A DNA stretch of 64,000 nt from Lama glama. Lineage: Eukaryota. Positions 23,531 through 36,856 of the stretch are shown here, piece by piece (position 1 is the first letter of the stretch; each line of letters begins with the position of its first letter). The notes under the pieces are model-generated. The model saw nothing but the letters and a program-made list of their open reading frames with translations, was not told the origin of the DNA and made no database searches. The translations under genes were made by a program, and so were the position numbers. The stretch covers positions 81,656,001 through 81,720,000 of the forward strand of contig CM052816.1 of assembly GCA_028534125.1 (NCBI GenBank). The letters run 5' to 3'.

Positions 23531-25836
23531 TGTTCTAATGAAGAGGTGGGGTCTCTGGCGTTCCGGGGGTCTCAGTATGTCGGCTGCTGGCACTCACATT
23601 TCAGTGCTAGAACTGGAAGACAACATTTGGGTTACATTTGGTCCTCACTTGGCATAGATGGGCAAATGCTTATTGTCGCCCGTGAGGCCTAGAACAGGGG
23701 GTCTAGTCAAGGAGCAGGGGGTCTGTATTGGGCGTGGTCTTCAGACATTCACCCGGACGGCACCCCTGGGGCCAGTCGGCCCAGCCATGCATGAAGCCTC
23801 AGTTTCCTCCCCGCAAAATGAGGGCTCTGGGTCTGGGAAAACGAGTCCCCACCAGTAGTTTCCAAACTTGGCTGATCAAATAAAAGTCTCCCCAGATTAT
23901 TTTTATGAAGAAGAAGAAGAAAAAAGGAGACTGCTTCATACAATGACACATGATCATTACGTACAAACTTGAGCAAAAAATAAAAGTATAAATAAGAAAT
24001 GGGAGAGCTCTCTAATCAGCTTTACCCAGTGGTGACAGGATGGCAGTGACACAAAAACATCCTGAAACAAGCGGCCGCTAGTTGAGGGATTTCTCTTCTC
24101 CCACGGGATGCTTGACAAGGACAGCTCTAGACGCCCATGCAGAGCTGGGGGTTGGCACCCAGCAACCTGTATTTTATAGAAACGCCTCTTGTGATGCAGC
24201 CGGATTCACAGGGTGGCTTTTGGGAACCAGGGGCATCGAGGATCAGTGGGGAGTCCTGCAGAGATTGCTGTAAGACATCGTGTTTTCCAGGTCTCCTGGC
24301 TATGAGGTGTCATCTGTGTTTCTACAAGGTGGGGATCCTCACTCTTGGGTCTACGAGAAAATGCCCCTGGGAGTACAAATAGCGAGAAACAGTTAAAAGC
24401 AAAAAAAAAAAAAGTAAGAAAGAGAGTAGAAATAAGAGTCACCCTGTGATGGCTGAGCAGCCGCAGAAGTGCTCCTGCCCCAGCCACACACACGCACTTC
24501 CTCAGAGAGGATCTACAGGTGGGTGCGTGGGCAGCCAAAGAGACCCAGGAAACACCTGGATCCAGCCCAGGGGAGCAGGTGTGGTCTCAGGCAGGCAAGG
24601 CCTGGAAAAACAGACGCTTACACGGATCACCTGGTGGGTCCCCACGGTGGAGGAGAGAAACAGGGAAAAAGAAATGGAATGGGGAAGTGGGCCTTAAAGG
24701 AATCTAGTCAAGGCGAGCCCAAAGACTGAGGGAATTTGTGATTCTTTGGCCTTACACATGAGAGAAAACACTGAATGTAGTCCCTGGAACATTCTTTAGG
24801 ACCCAGTCCATGTGAAGTGCTCATCTGAAACTACCTCTCTCCTGGGGAGATGGGGCTAAGATGGCAGGAACAAGCAAAGAGCGAGCAAAGACAGCAGTAA
24901 CACATCTGGTCACAGGAAGGAGCCTTCCCTCACTAGGAATTAATAAACTGGGTTTTGGATGTCAGTTTTGCGGGAATTTGATTAGCATGAGTCAGTCCCC
25001 AGGCACCTCTAGTATATGAACAAAATTGGACTTCTGGGCCTCTGTGGCCACCTGTGAAGCCACCACCCGGCCACGTGACATAAGCAGTTTGACCAAGAGC
25101 AGGAGCCCATGTTTAGGAGGCAGCAGGGTCAGGATGCGGGCCCTGGGGTTAAAGAGGGCTGTTTGGGCCATGGAAAAGTGACATCTTTCCCCTCGGATTC
25201 TGCCAAAAGACCTCCCTCCAATTTGCAAATGTCTATGAAACTCTATGAAAATCTTACAAAGATACACAATTTGCATCATCTAATTAGACACGTGAGAAAT
25301 CACCCTTGGGGAGAGGAGAAAGCCTTGCTCCTCCTTGGAGCAGAGCAGGTGATCCCCGCGCCCGTGCAGGGGTCAGACGGGGATCCCGCTTTCTCTGCGC
25401 CCAGCCAGGCCGAGGCAAGTGGCCGCAGGTAGGCAGCTGGGTGCCGTTCCCAGTTCACCTGGGGCCCAGGAGCTCAGGAAACAACCCCTTACAGGGGCAC
25501 AGCTGCCGCAGCTTCCCGGCCATGGTGCTCCCAGACACAGCCGCCTGGAGACACACATCCCTACCGTCTGTGCCACACCTTTCCTCTGTGGCCTCCCCAG
25601 GCCTGAGCTGCTGCCACTTCCCAGCCCAGCAGCTCCAAAAGGCCCAACACAGGACGCTTCGGAGTAGGTACAGTTTGTCCTTTGAGATTCCCCCACTTCC
25701 CCTCTCCTGGGACATCTCTTCCTTCAACCAGGTGTTACAACAGTTAGGCTATTACCTACAACCGAGGTGGGTTAAAAGCAAGTTAGGAAAACACAGGCCT
25801 TTACTTGGATTGCTGTGGGCTTCAGCCTGGCTACTC

Positions 25837-25940
25837 TGAATTTGTTAGAAATGCAGAAATCTCAGGCCCCACCCCAGACCTACAGCATAAGAACCTGCAT
25901 TTTATCAAAATCCCCAGGTGATTCATAGGTTAGAACACAC
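25837..25940. mobile_element. MER5A-like hAT-Charlie fragment
   Basis: ttgttagaaatgcagaaatctcaggccccaccccagacctac...ctgcatttt...atccccaggtgattc. Confidence 0.85.
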
Positions 25941-26044
25941 CCTTCTGTCTTGGGTTAATATTTTCTTCCTGGTAAATGAAGATATAAATAAATAGCAAAT
26001 GGTAATCTTTAAGAAAGGTTTGCTTCTTTTCTTCTTCTTCCCCG

Positions 26045-26515
26045 CAACCCCCACATTTTTGAATCATGAATCTCTCTGGCTGTCTGGTAAAGTCTCAAAA
26101 TAATATTGTTATTTATTGTGCATTTTAAATGCATAAAGTAGGATGACAGAGAAAACCAATTATGTTGAAATACAATAGCCTAAATATTTTGAAATGGGTA
26201 ATACCATAACCCACGTGCTTTGTTATTAACGCATTATGGGCATCAAGCAACAAGTTTATTAACAGATATATTTTGAAAGTAGTAATGAACGATGATGATA
26301 TTGAAAGGTACCTGCCACACATGATATGAATCATTGCCTTACCGGTGACAGACATGGAGACTGCTAATAATACTGTGCTTTGTTGTCCGCATTCCTTATT
26401 GAAGGAAACACTAACTGAGCTATAGCTTCATGGCAATAAACATTTAATTTTCTCCCCTTCCAGGTTCACTGTCTCCCTTCCTCCTGAAATCTATTAATAG
26501 AATCTAGGTTAAGAG
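26045..26515. mobile_element. hAT-Charlie non-autonomous element (MER119-like)
   Basis: ttttaaatgcataaa...gaaaaccaattatgttgaaataca...ctgctaataatactgtgctttgttg...aggttaaga follows the MER119 consensus as I recall it. Confidence 0.65.
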
Positions 26516-27403
26516 GAGGAGATGCTCAGGGATCTTACACAAAAGGAGTGGAGAGAGCTGTGCCCCATATCCGTGTCTCTCTGTCTGATCTTAGCTGGAG
26601 CACAAGCTGGTCAGATCACTTCCTTCTCTAACAGCTACTGCGCTTGCCTTTTTGGCTTCTGTCAGCTGGCTTCCCCGCAAGTTCCCACCACAGAGCTGAA
26701 CGCAGAGATGTGTAGTAAGTGCTTCTGATCAAATCCTTTAGTCTGGGGGCTAAATATTTCTGAAACAGACCTGCCAGGCTACGTTCTGCATACTAAAATA
26801 ATCCCATTTCATAGGAAGCTGCCTTCTCCATGGGCACAGGGACTTCCACACAAATGTGGATTTAATATAAATTATGGACACCGAGTTCTGAAACATTCCC
26901 CCTGCTCTGCCAGAGAGCCCGGGGCAGGCCCCCTGTCTCTTGGATCATAAGCACCTTTGCAGGGTAGTTTTCTTGCCAAGAATAAGCAGCACTTCCCACA
27001 GCCATGTCAACTGTGGTTCTCCAAATAAGATCCATTTTCAGAAAAAGCCAAAGTCGATTTGTCTCTGAATTTCAAAATTGTACATCCGAGTCATCTACGC
27101 CACCCTGCAGGCTACTTTCCCCTCACGCCAACCAGAGTGCCATGAAAGCAAAACAGGACCCAATGCACCAGCCTTGGGGAGTTCCTCTGACGCTCGGTTT
27201 GAACTCGCACAGAAAAGCCGCTGCCACACAATGTGGCATTAATCTAACAAAAACAAGTCACGTGAGCATGTTTGAGCCACACGCTTACAAAAGAGAAGAC
27301 AGACCTACAAATCTGAGACACAGTCTTACATAAAGATTTCTGCTCAAAAACAGCAATGTCTCCAGGTCCACGTGATTGCCACGAATTAACTTTGGTGTGC
27401 AAC

Positions 27404-27430
27404 CACACACACACACACACACACACACAC
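27404..27430. repeat. (CA)n microsatellite, about 13 units
   Basis: Uninterrupted CA run. Confidence 0.95.
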
Positions 27431-30400
27431 GACCACACTCACACTTAGCTTTTCTTTACATAGGTCTGCTCACAGGAAGAGGTCGAAACCTTGCATACTG
27501 AACATCCTACTATGAGTTAGTAATGACTGCTGCATCGTCCTTATCCAGTGCCCCACCTATCCTGATTCAGGAGCTCATAATCTAACAAAGATAATAGGCT
27601 GGACACAGAGGAAAGCTCACAGGTCAATCTGTGGATAACGAGAGATCACAGCAAATCATACCAGACTGAAGCCGATTTAAAAAATCGGCCCTGTATTATT
27701 CACTGCCATTGGGCTTCACAAGGTTTGTTACCTTGGCGTTGAGACTGCCTGGATTTGAGAGCAACCCAGGGCTTGTATCTGAAGTAGATGAAGAACTCAC
27801 AGTGATAAAACGAATGACTGATCCTCTCCCTATTCAGAAATCCCAATGGCCACAAATGCCATTAATTAAGTCACCAGGAGACTACAGAAATGACTAATGT
27901 TTCTCCTAGTGAGAGTCTGAAATAACTGACTCCACTCACTTTTAAGATGAGGTGTTAAACTTTTGTTACCATGGGAAACTCATTACAAATGTCTAATTAG
28001 TTATAGACAGAAGAATGTCTCCTGCCCTGGTGTTGTGAAAACAGCAGGATTTCCACCACACACAGTTTGGTCGGGCCACTGGGACCCCAGTAAAATCCTC
28101 AGGCAGCAAGATGTCCTTGGGGACATTTCTTGGTTTCAGCGTTCATTCTCTTTGAACGTTCTTTGACTCACTTGGAGAAACTGAAGTCAAGCAAGTTCCA
28201 GCCTGTACAAGGGCTTGTGCAACAGACTTAGCTCTACAAACCCAACCGGCACCCTTCACTTCTGCCACCTTCTTCCCTGCCGTGCTTAGAAGGAATTTTC
28301 TGTTTCCCCTCCAGGTCTTTATTGCTCCCCTGCCAGAACTGTCTTCCATCTGTTACAATAAAATACCTGTGATGTTTTCCAAAGCCAGCAGCTTCCTGCC
28401 AACAGTCAACCCTCTACCCTACAGGCAGCTGTCTGGGAACTTCAGTCAAAGTGTGGCTAGCTGAAGGTGATGGTGGGGTTTGACAAGCCCGAGACGGGAT
28501 TCCCTGGAAGGCAGACCCTCCTGTTGCTGATGGAGCCGGCCAGGAGGAGAAAATGAGAACGCTGCTGCTGAAGGGGCAGAAACAGGAGCAAAAGGCAGAA
28601 GTAAAGGGTTGCTGTGCCATCAGGAGCACCATGACCCACCCTGAGGTTCCTGCCATTTGTAAGGTCAAGTGTGGGGCCCCTGAATCCCCCCAAACCCCCA
28701 CCTGAACCATGCAACCACTTGGGCGCTTCCATTCATATTTGGATTTGGGTAGGAACTCTAAACTGTGCACTGCAGGACCAGTTTTCTGAGGTGGGATGGG
28801 GAGGCAGGAGAGCTTGTAAGAATGTTTAAGGTTTCGTTAAAAGGGCAAGGCTCAGGGAAATGTCATGTATGAACAGGAGGCCACCCATCTGCCCCTTCAG
28901 GGTGCAATCCACACCTGCTGCTCTGCCCCTCCCATCTGAGGCGTCTCACTGAAATAGGGGCTTATTCCCCGAAACAATTATCAAAGGCCGCTCTCCTCAG
29001 ATTTGCCCGATTCGGCCAATTTCCGACTTGGTTCCCATCTTTTACTTTGGGAAGGAAAACAGTGTAGAAATTAGGAAGGCAAAGGAGATGGTCTGAGGGT
29101 GTCTTGTTTTACACCTGCCTGACAGCCTCCAGACCTCGAAATTACCAAGAATCCAAACCATGGGGTGATCTCTCTCTTTTACCAAAGGAGTCGCACTGGA
29201 TTCCTCTCAGTGCCAGTTCCTGTAGTGCATGTGAAGCACAGCTGTATCGCTTCTCCAGGAAGAGGTCACCCAAAGGGAGGGAGATCTCGAGTATGGGGTC
29301 ACTGTCGGGGCCTGACTCACTGACAGGGACCTCGTAGCCAAGCTGAGGCTGAGCTCAGGCCGTGCCCTGCTCGGGACCGTCTGTGGAGTCGTGGTGCGGC
29401 TGCACACCCACGCACACCTGGGCTGAACAAACCGAGGCAACCTGGGGCAGATGTGCCCGCAGGGACAGCTAAGCTACCTTAGGGCCTCCTAGTGGGGCGC
29501 TCTCAGCCTGCTCTTTGGCCACGCTGAGCAGGTGCCACGTCAGCAGAGGAGGAATGCTTCCGTCTTGTCCCCCGACCCCTGAGGAGGAGGCCGAGCTGCA
29601 GCCGGGACCTCCAAAGTGAGGGCGATTTTGAACTCTACCTCCGCACGCCGCTGCAGGAGATGTACAGAGATCGTGTTTGGAAGTGAGGGGTGCGTCACCT
29701 ACAGAAGCACTTAAGGAGCTCCTCGCTTGTACGTGAACACAGAGACAGCCACAGAAAGGGATCCCTGCCGGCCATCGAGATGTGAAATCACCGGTTCCCC
29801 TTCATGGACTTGGGCACTGGTTTTCTCTTTCTCACTCAGAAACATAACTTCTCTATGCTCAGCTGTTTCTCTCCTTTAGGGTCACACACTTTCACACACG
29901 TATGCACACATCTAGCTCGTCTTTTATCCCACTCACCGTCAGGAAAAAGCTGATGAACACAAGTCAGATTCCAGCCCTGTCCAGATAGCCAAAGGGAGGG
30001 AGCATCTGGGCCAGGTCTGAGCCAAAGCCCTTGGTCCTCCCAATATGCTATAAATAAGTGGGCTGGTTAAGGGCTGCCCATGGCTCGGATTCCACTTCAG
30101 CTCATGATCAGACTTTGACCGCCTGGTCGTCTCTGTCTCTTTAGGAGCCAGCTTGGTTGGCTTGCACAGCTCAGAAGTGAAAAGGTCCCTCTTGCTACCT
30201 TGAGATACCAGGTAGTTCTAAGTCTCCTGAGAGCCGCCACACTGCTGACTCTCTCGGAGGCTTTCTGGGAAATCAAAGCTGACCCTCTACCTTAGAGCCT
30301 GCCCCATCAAGCCCAGCCAGCCACACAGACCACACTGTGTTGGGCAAACTTGATAAATCCCCTCGCATGCTGTGATTCTTGACTAACTCCCCCTCGCCTG

Positions 30401-31598
30401 GGGAGACCAGGCCTCAGTTTGGTTGGTTTCCATTTAAGTTTCAGCAGTTATGCAAATCAGATTTCTGATTATGTCTGAAATTCCGGTGTGTACAGGAATA
30501 GCAGGTTGCTTAATCTCTAAATTCAAAGCCAACCCCCTTTCCAAACACAGACAAAGGTGCAGCCTGGCTCACGTGGCTGATGAAAGGACCCACCCTTACC
30601 AGCTCGGACGACCTGACTTGTCAAGTGTACTGCCGCCATCTTGTTTTCCAGGCTCAAACTCCCACGAGGCGCCATATGGACATATTTCCATCCTTCCTCA
30701 CTTGTTTTCATTTGTCAAACTAGGCCCCACCCCCATTCCTCTCTACTGACAGCATCCAATTTCCAAATACAGGAGGAGAGATGGCTGCCATGTCCTGGAG
30801 GAAAAAAAGATACATATGTATATATATCCCGGACATTTTAGTTTTCTTCTTAAACTACAGTCTCCTGTGAGAAACTTCCCTGTGTTTCTGCAATAGACAA
30901 TAAGCTACTTACAGAAGTCAGCTGCACATCCAGGCCGGCAGTTTTGACACAAGTTAAACATGAGTAGGGTCAAGATTTTCCTCTTCTCTTATTAGAAATG
31001 ACATTAACAATGAGAATTGTGTGTCCAGGTGTAAGGCTGGCCAGCCTACCATAAGCTTTCGTAGAGACCAATAAAGAAACATTGTTCTAAATCTGAGAAA
31101 ACTTGATATTCACTTAACTCTCTATCTTATTATTATTTTTTTAATTAGAAAACATCTTTTTTTCCCCAAAGTGGCAACACCAAACCACTCAGATTGTTCC
31201 TGTCAGGCCAGCATTCAGTCTGCAAAAGGGGAAAAAAGAAAATGAATCATTTTTGAGTAAGAGAGCAGTTTTGGTTCCCTCACCAGGTTCTTTTAGCGGT
31301 GGACATGGTCAACATGTGGTGGGTCTCAGGGTATCTACCCCAGCAGGTTTACCAGTGATGAGAGAGGGTGAAAATCCAAATACAGACACATAGTTCACCT
31401 GACATTTTTTTTCCTTTGTCTGGACCCTGCGGAAAATCTTCAACTTCCTTGTACTGAAATCTCCCCTTCTGGAGAGATTGCCATCTAACACAGATCAAGA
31501 AACTAAAATCAGGTTCCAAAACAACAGCCCATTCGAACTGCCAAGGATGTAATGAGCTGATCCATCCTCCGGTCACATGGCTCCTGAATGATGTCAGT

Positions 31599-31800
31599 CA
31601 GGGGGTCGGCAAATGTTTTCTCTAACGGGTCAGATAGTAGATATTTTAGGTTTTGCAGGCCCCATCTGTCTCTGTCCTGTATTCTTTGTTTGTTTCTTCA
31701 ACCCTTGAAAATGGAAAACACATTCTGAGCTCTGCAGCTGCACAGAAACAAGCTTGGCCAGGCTGGATTTGGCCCACGGGCCACAGTGTACCGCACTCTC
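31599..31800. mobile_element. MER58-like hAT-Charlie element
   Basis: cagggggtcggcaaa...cagatagtagatattttaggttttgcaggcc...ggctggatttggcccacgggccacagt. Confidence 0.85.
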
Positions 31801-33458
31801 ACCGTTTCCAGCATGGACCCTAGAATGGCCTGCTCTCCCAGCTCAGCTTAATTCCCTGCAAATAGCACCAGTGTGAAGGATGGGGGACAATGGGGATGCA
31901 CCCAGGTGGACGGTAGGGAAGAAAGAACAAGAGTGGGGATGGAGGTGGAGGTGGTAGAGAGGGTTCCTAAAGGACCACAGGAGTGCCGCTCCCCCTCCCA
32001 TAAACAGCTCCAGCAGTGGAAGGCTGGGAAGTCACAGAGATAAGGTTCGAGCTTGCCTTGATTAAAGCGCAGCCATCTCCCAGCCCTCCAGGCCTAAAAT
32101 GCAAAGCCACAAGACTTGGCCAGCACCAAGCGAGGCTGACAGCTAGCCAGTCAGCCAGCAGCAATCGAAGCAGCTCCCACATCTGCCTTCCCAGACACAC
32201 CCCTGTGGCTAGCATGGCATTCTCAAAGCTCAAAGAGTGCCAGGAATCAGGCTGGATGATTCGGCTGAAATTAAGTTCTCTATCTAATTCTGATGCTCCT
32301 GTCACACTGACCACACACACCACTTCCGACCTATCCCATGTCAGCTCAATTTCATAACACTCTGACCACTTCATTGTGGGGGGAAATCCAAATCAAATTA
32401 TCCAGGCGCCCATCAGAAGCAAAGCCTGGAAATGGTTCAGAAACCCAGGCTGGCGACAGCCTTTATTCTGCTCTGCTTCTCTTATCACAAGCCCCGACGA
32501 AGCAGAGGATGCTCTGAGACTCAGCTACAACCGCGGGAGCCACAAATCAATCTTTTAAATTATCCTCGCGTGTGGCTGCCACCCATCGCCCTCCCCGTTT
32601 ATTTTTTGCTTCCGAGTGAGTAGACGGCACGGTGACAATTTCCAATCCTCTCCCCTTGACACTTCCCCCACTCCACCCCCAAATATTCAGGATCCACACT
32701 TTACTCTCACTATTCTTTCCAATTCCCTGATTTAGAGGCTGAGCAGAGGCAGCCTGCCTTAATGGAGAAAACATTAGTGCATTCAGGCTTCACTCTGGAC
32801 CCTAGTCAATTTCTGGATATTTCACAGCTGTTATACATCCACCTCCCTTCTTACAAAAGCCAGTGAAAATTAGCAAGCACCTTGTTAGCTCTGAAGTATG
32901 AAAATATAGCAACAGTCAAGCCTGAAAATCGGTTTCTGGTTGACTGTCTTCAAAGTATCTGTTCTAAAACAGTATCTGCAATTCACTGTTGATCTGCCAA
33001 GTTTTAGATTGATTTTAATTTAAATGTTATGTGATTTGGGGTGATTTTTTTTTAAGGCAACCCCCAGACTGTAACTGTCATTTGGTCATCACACTAGTAA
33101 CTGAAAAAAACTCTGCCTTGGGCGGATATCAGCACAATTCAGGCTAAGTCTGTTTCTTATGTCAATACTATCTATTCATTTCTTATAGAGTTAAAAAAGA
33201 AAGAAACCTTCGGAAGACATGTAAGTTGTGTTCAGAGAGGAGGACATGAGATTCTCTTGGCCGCTCAGGTTTCCCCTCCTACCTGCATCAGGTGAGCATT
33301 CTCCACTGTGTTTCACAGTCACTGGAACAGGACAGACTCCAAAGTGTGCCGTGCTTCATTTCTCTTCTCCATTCAGTTCTTTAAAGTCCTGGGTTATTAA
33401 CTATCAACAAAAGTGTGAGCCGTGCCAGTGCACGCTCCGACTTCCTGCCGAGTCCCCA

Positions 33459-33535
33459 TACTCTGCCGAGCTCAGGAGTAAGAGCTCTTGCTCGCTCTGT
33501 CTCTTCCCTCCTCCCCTCAGCTTCACCTCCTGAGC
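33459..33535 (+). other. Likely orthologous position of the human MIR4279 annotation; not supported as a functional miRNA here
   Basis: Ends tactctgccgagctcaggag and gcttcacctcctgag match the hsa-mir-4279 precursor ends as I recall them. The antisense orientation within a PDZD2 intron also fits. Confidence 0.55.
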
Positions 33536-34784
33536 GCCAGGGCCCCACCCACAGCACTCAGATCATTTTTCATTTATGAGTGCATCCTGCTAAACTGTGT
33601 TTGAAAGAGAACAAGCCAACCCTTGCCCTGCCAGCGTATTGGAACCACGCTGCTAAAATGGCTTTGATTTTCTGGGAGGGGAGTCAGGGGAGCGGGTAGG
33701 AATCAGAACCCAGCAGAAGTCATCTGTGCCTTCCTCCTGCAGGTATCTGTGCATCAGCTCTTCCACCAGCACAGGAAGCACATCTTCGTGATGGAGCCAC
33801 AACTCCTTCATTATACAGATACCACCCCCACCCACTGAGCTGGACTGAAGATGTCAGGCGTTAAGACAACCAGAAATATACTGAAATGTGTATTTCATGT
33901 GCCCCCAAGATGTGAAGCCAAGATAATGGGTCAAGAAACTTTTCCACCCAGTCACCTTCACAACATTAAATATTTCACTATGCATTTTATATTAAACAGC
34001 CAGGCTCTTATTACATTCAAGTGGAAATAGAAACTGAGACTTTAAATAATTTTGCCATGATGACCGCAAAGCTATAATCTTCCTAACCTAACATCACTCT
34101 CATCTTCCATCCCAGACCACGACCAGCAAAAATAGAGATTATCAGCCAGCCCTTGAGAACACTTACTCCAGTTAGAATGTCAGCAACTACTAAGATGACT
34201 TGATTTTACTAAGACTTTATCAGGATATAGAATTTTTAAAAATAGGTTTCCATATATATATCATGATTTCCACTAGGTGTAAAATTCACCTAATTTGGCA
34301 GCTAGAGCAAAAGGCGTCTTTCATGGTCCATCAGCTAGAGACATAGGTCTCCAAAACCCTACAACCCTCATGGTAGGTACGAAAATTCACATCAACTGTT
34401 TAAATGGGAACAATGCCTTGTTATTAAAATACCAACTGTCCTTCAGCACCTACACTTGTCAGGAACAAAAGAGCAAATGTTCTCTACTCACTGTAGTTAC
34501 TCTCAGGTCGCGCTTCCGGAAAACCGGGAAGGACTGTTGGGTTTTAGGACTGTTTGTCTTTTAAAAATCTATTCATTTACTCACTTAGAATTTGTCTTTT
34601 TTAAATCTTAGAGATTTATCCAATATGTCTTTTCACTGCTAGGAATCCCAGATTGTCATGAGCTAGTGCCAGTCACCGTGGGAATTTCTTCAATCTTCAA
34701 AATTATTTTTTAAATTTTCATGTATTAAAAAACTGATGACTGAGAATCTGGACTTAAAGTCTGGTTGTTTTGGTTGTTTGATTA

Positions 34785-34821
34785 TTCTCGTGTTTTGTTT
34801 TGTTTGTTTGTTTGTTTGTTT
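34785..34821. repeat. (TTTTG/TTTG)n simple repeat
   Basis: tgttttgttttgtttgtttgtttgtttgttt. Confidence 0.85.
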
Positions 34822-36149
34822 AACAACTAGATAGTTAAAATGTATCCTAAAAAGAAAACACTGTAAGTTTCCATACATGCTCAAAATCAGGTTCTGGTCA
34901 TCTTAACACCCTAAAACCACATCCTCAAAAAAAAAAAAAGTGATCTACCTTTTGTAGATGAGAAAAAGGAAAATAAGAGCAAAAGCCACTGGCGTGTACA
35001 CAATGTTTCACTGGTGAGGCTGAGAGAACTGATGGGAGGATTAGTGCCAAGCCTCCAAACCCAAGTAAGGAAACCTGGACCAGTCTGAATTGTCACACGC
35101 AGTTCAGGAGCCTAAAAGCTGATTATGTGGGTGACCTCCTAGGATTTGCCTTCCCAGTTCAAGGAATGTGGATTTGCTCTGAGTTTTAACTAAGGAGAAG
35201 AAAATCTGTTCTTTAAAAAAATTTTTTAAAGAAGTGGGGAAAAAAAGGAGGTTAAAATTTCCTTGGCCCATGACCAAGCTATAGTCTTAACCAGAGGTAA
35301 AATTCGCCTGTGGAGTATCCTCTCCAGTATTAGTTTGTGACATCTGCCAAAAACCTATGGTAAAACCAGTTATTCCACCTTTCTTGTGTCCCATTCTCTC
35401 AACAAGTGGGGATAATATATCACATAATTTTGCTTTAAGGGGAAATGCTGCTACATTTACTCATAAAACCAGCCATGTAGCATGTACCAGATTGCAGCAA
35501 GTCCACAAGCCATTAAAACATCTGACCACCCCAGGTTTCAGGGCAGATGAGCTGTTGGTCAAACTGCCCACATTAGGAGTCTGGAGCTCTACGTCCTTCT
35601 CACCCACTGTAGTTCCCAGGCTTAGGGGACCACCATGCCCTCCCTCTCTGTGGTCTGGGAGGGACCCTACAGATTACTTAGTTGTCCCTCCTCATTGGTG
35701 GGGATGGGGAGACAGATGCCCAGAGAGATGAGGAAACTTGCCCAGGTCAGGGCACATTAGTGGAAGTCCTGAGATTAGAACACTGATCTTCCTGATTCAA
35801 ACTCTAGGAGAGAGCTGGGTGGACAAGATGTAGACCGTCACAGCCAGGAACTACAGGCAGGAGCTCAGTGATGGCTCTCCATCTGGTTAGCCCAGCCTGG
35901 AGACACACTGGGAAAAGTTGATCTGTGAACTAAGTTCCCACTTTTCCATTCTTTGGCCATTGAATAAAACTTCTGCTGTTCCAAAAGAAAAAAAAAAGAA
36001 AAAAGAAAGCGAGCGAGAGAGAGCCATGCTGAAGACTCTCCCATGAGCAAAAGCAGAAGAGTAACAAAGGAACTATCAGAAGACAGGCAGCTAGAGAGTG
36101 ATTCTCCAACAGAGAAAGGAATCGACAACATCACAAAAGCCAACGGACA

Positions 36150-36632
36150 CCTCAGGGTACATACCCCAAAGAATCGAAAGCAGAGACACAAGCAGCTATT
36201 TGTATAACCACATAATAGCAGCGATGCTCAAAAGATGAAAGCAACCCAAGTGTTTAATGATGGATGAATAGATAAATAAAATGTGTTATCTACATAGAAT
36301 ATTATTCAGCTTGAAAAAGGAGGAAAATTATGATATGCTACAGTGGAGATGAACCTGGAGGACATGCTACGTGAAACAGACCAATTGCAAAAAGACAAAT
36401 ATCGTATGGTTCCCCTCATGTGAGGTATGGAGAGAAGTCAGATACACAGAGACAGAAGACAAAATGGTGGTCCAGGGGCTGGGGGGAGGGGAGAACAGAT
36501 AGTTATTATATAATGGGTAGTTTCAGTTTTACAAGATGGAAAGTGTTCTGGAGATGGATAGTGTGCTACAATGAGAATATATCTAATGCCACAGAACTGT
36601 ACACTTAAAAATGGCACATTTTATATTACGTG
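36150..36632 (+). mobile_element. L1 (L1MB-like) 3' end fragment
   Basis: gcaacccaagtgtttaatgatggatgaatagataaataaaatgtg...aatgccacagaactgtacacttaaaaatgg. Confidence 0.88.
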
Positions 36633-36634
36633 TA

Positions 36635-36856
36635 CAGTTGGCCCTTGGTATCTGCAAAGGATTGGTTCCAGGACCCACTGCATATACCAAAATCCATGGA
36701 TGCTCAAGTCCCATAGTTGGCCCTCTGTATCCACGGATTTCACATCCACAGGTCCAACCAACCTCGGATTATAAACATAGTAGTATACGTATTGAAAAAA
36801 ATTCACATATAAGTGGAGCTGTGCGGTTCAAACCCACATTGTTCAAGGGTCAACTG
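36635..36856. mobile_element. Complete Tigger-family MITE (MER8/Tigger2-derived-like), 222 bp
   Basis: Terminal inverted repeats cagttggcccttg / caagggtcaactg, with a TA TSD at 36633-36634 and 36857-36858. Internal ggattggttccaggacc...ataccaaaatccatggatgctcaagtccc. Confidence 0.9.

Noticed and set aside
29482..29502. CTCF-like ggcctcctagtggggcgct
   Set aside because: It cannot be aligned to the CTCF core without several mismatches at key positions.
33653..33835. Minus-strand ORF with a protein-looking stretch (ELWLHHEDVLPVLVEELMHRYLQEEG) as a hidden exon
   Set aside because: No homology I recognise, and no convincing minus-strand splice sites were identified.
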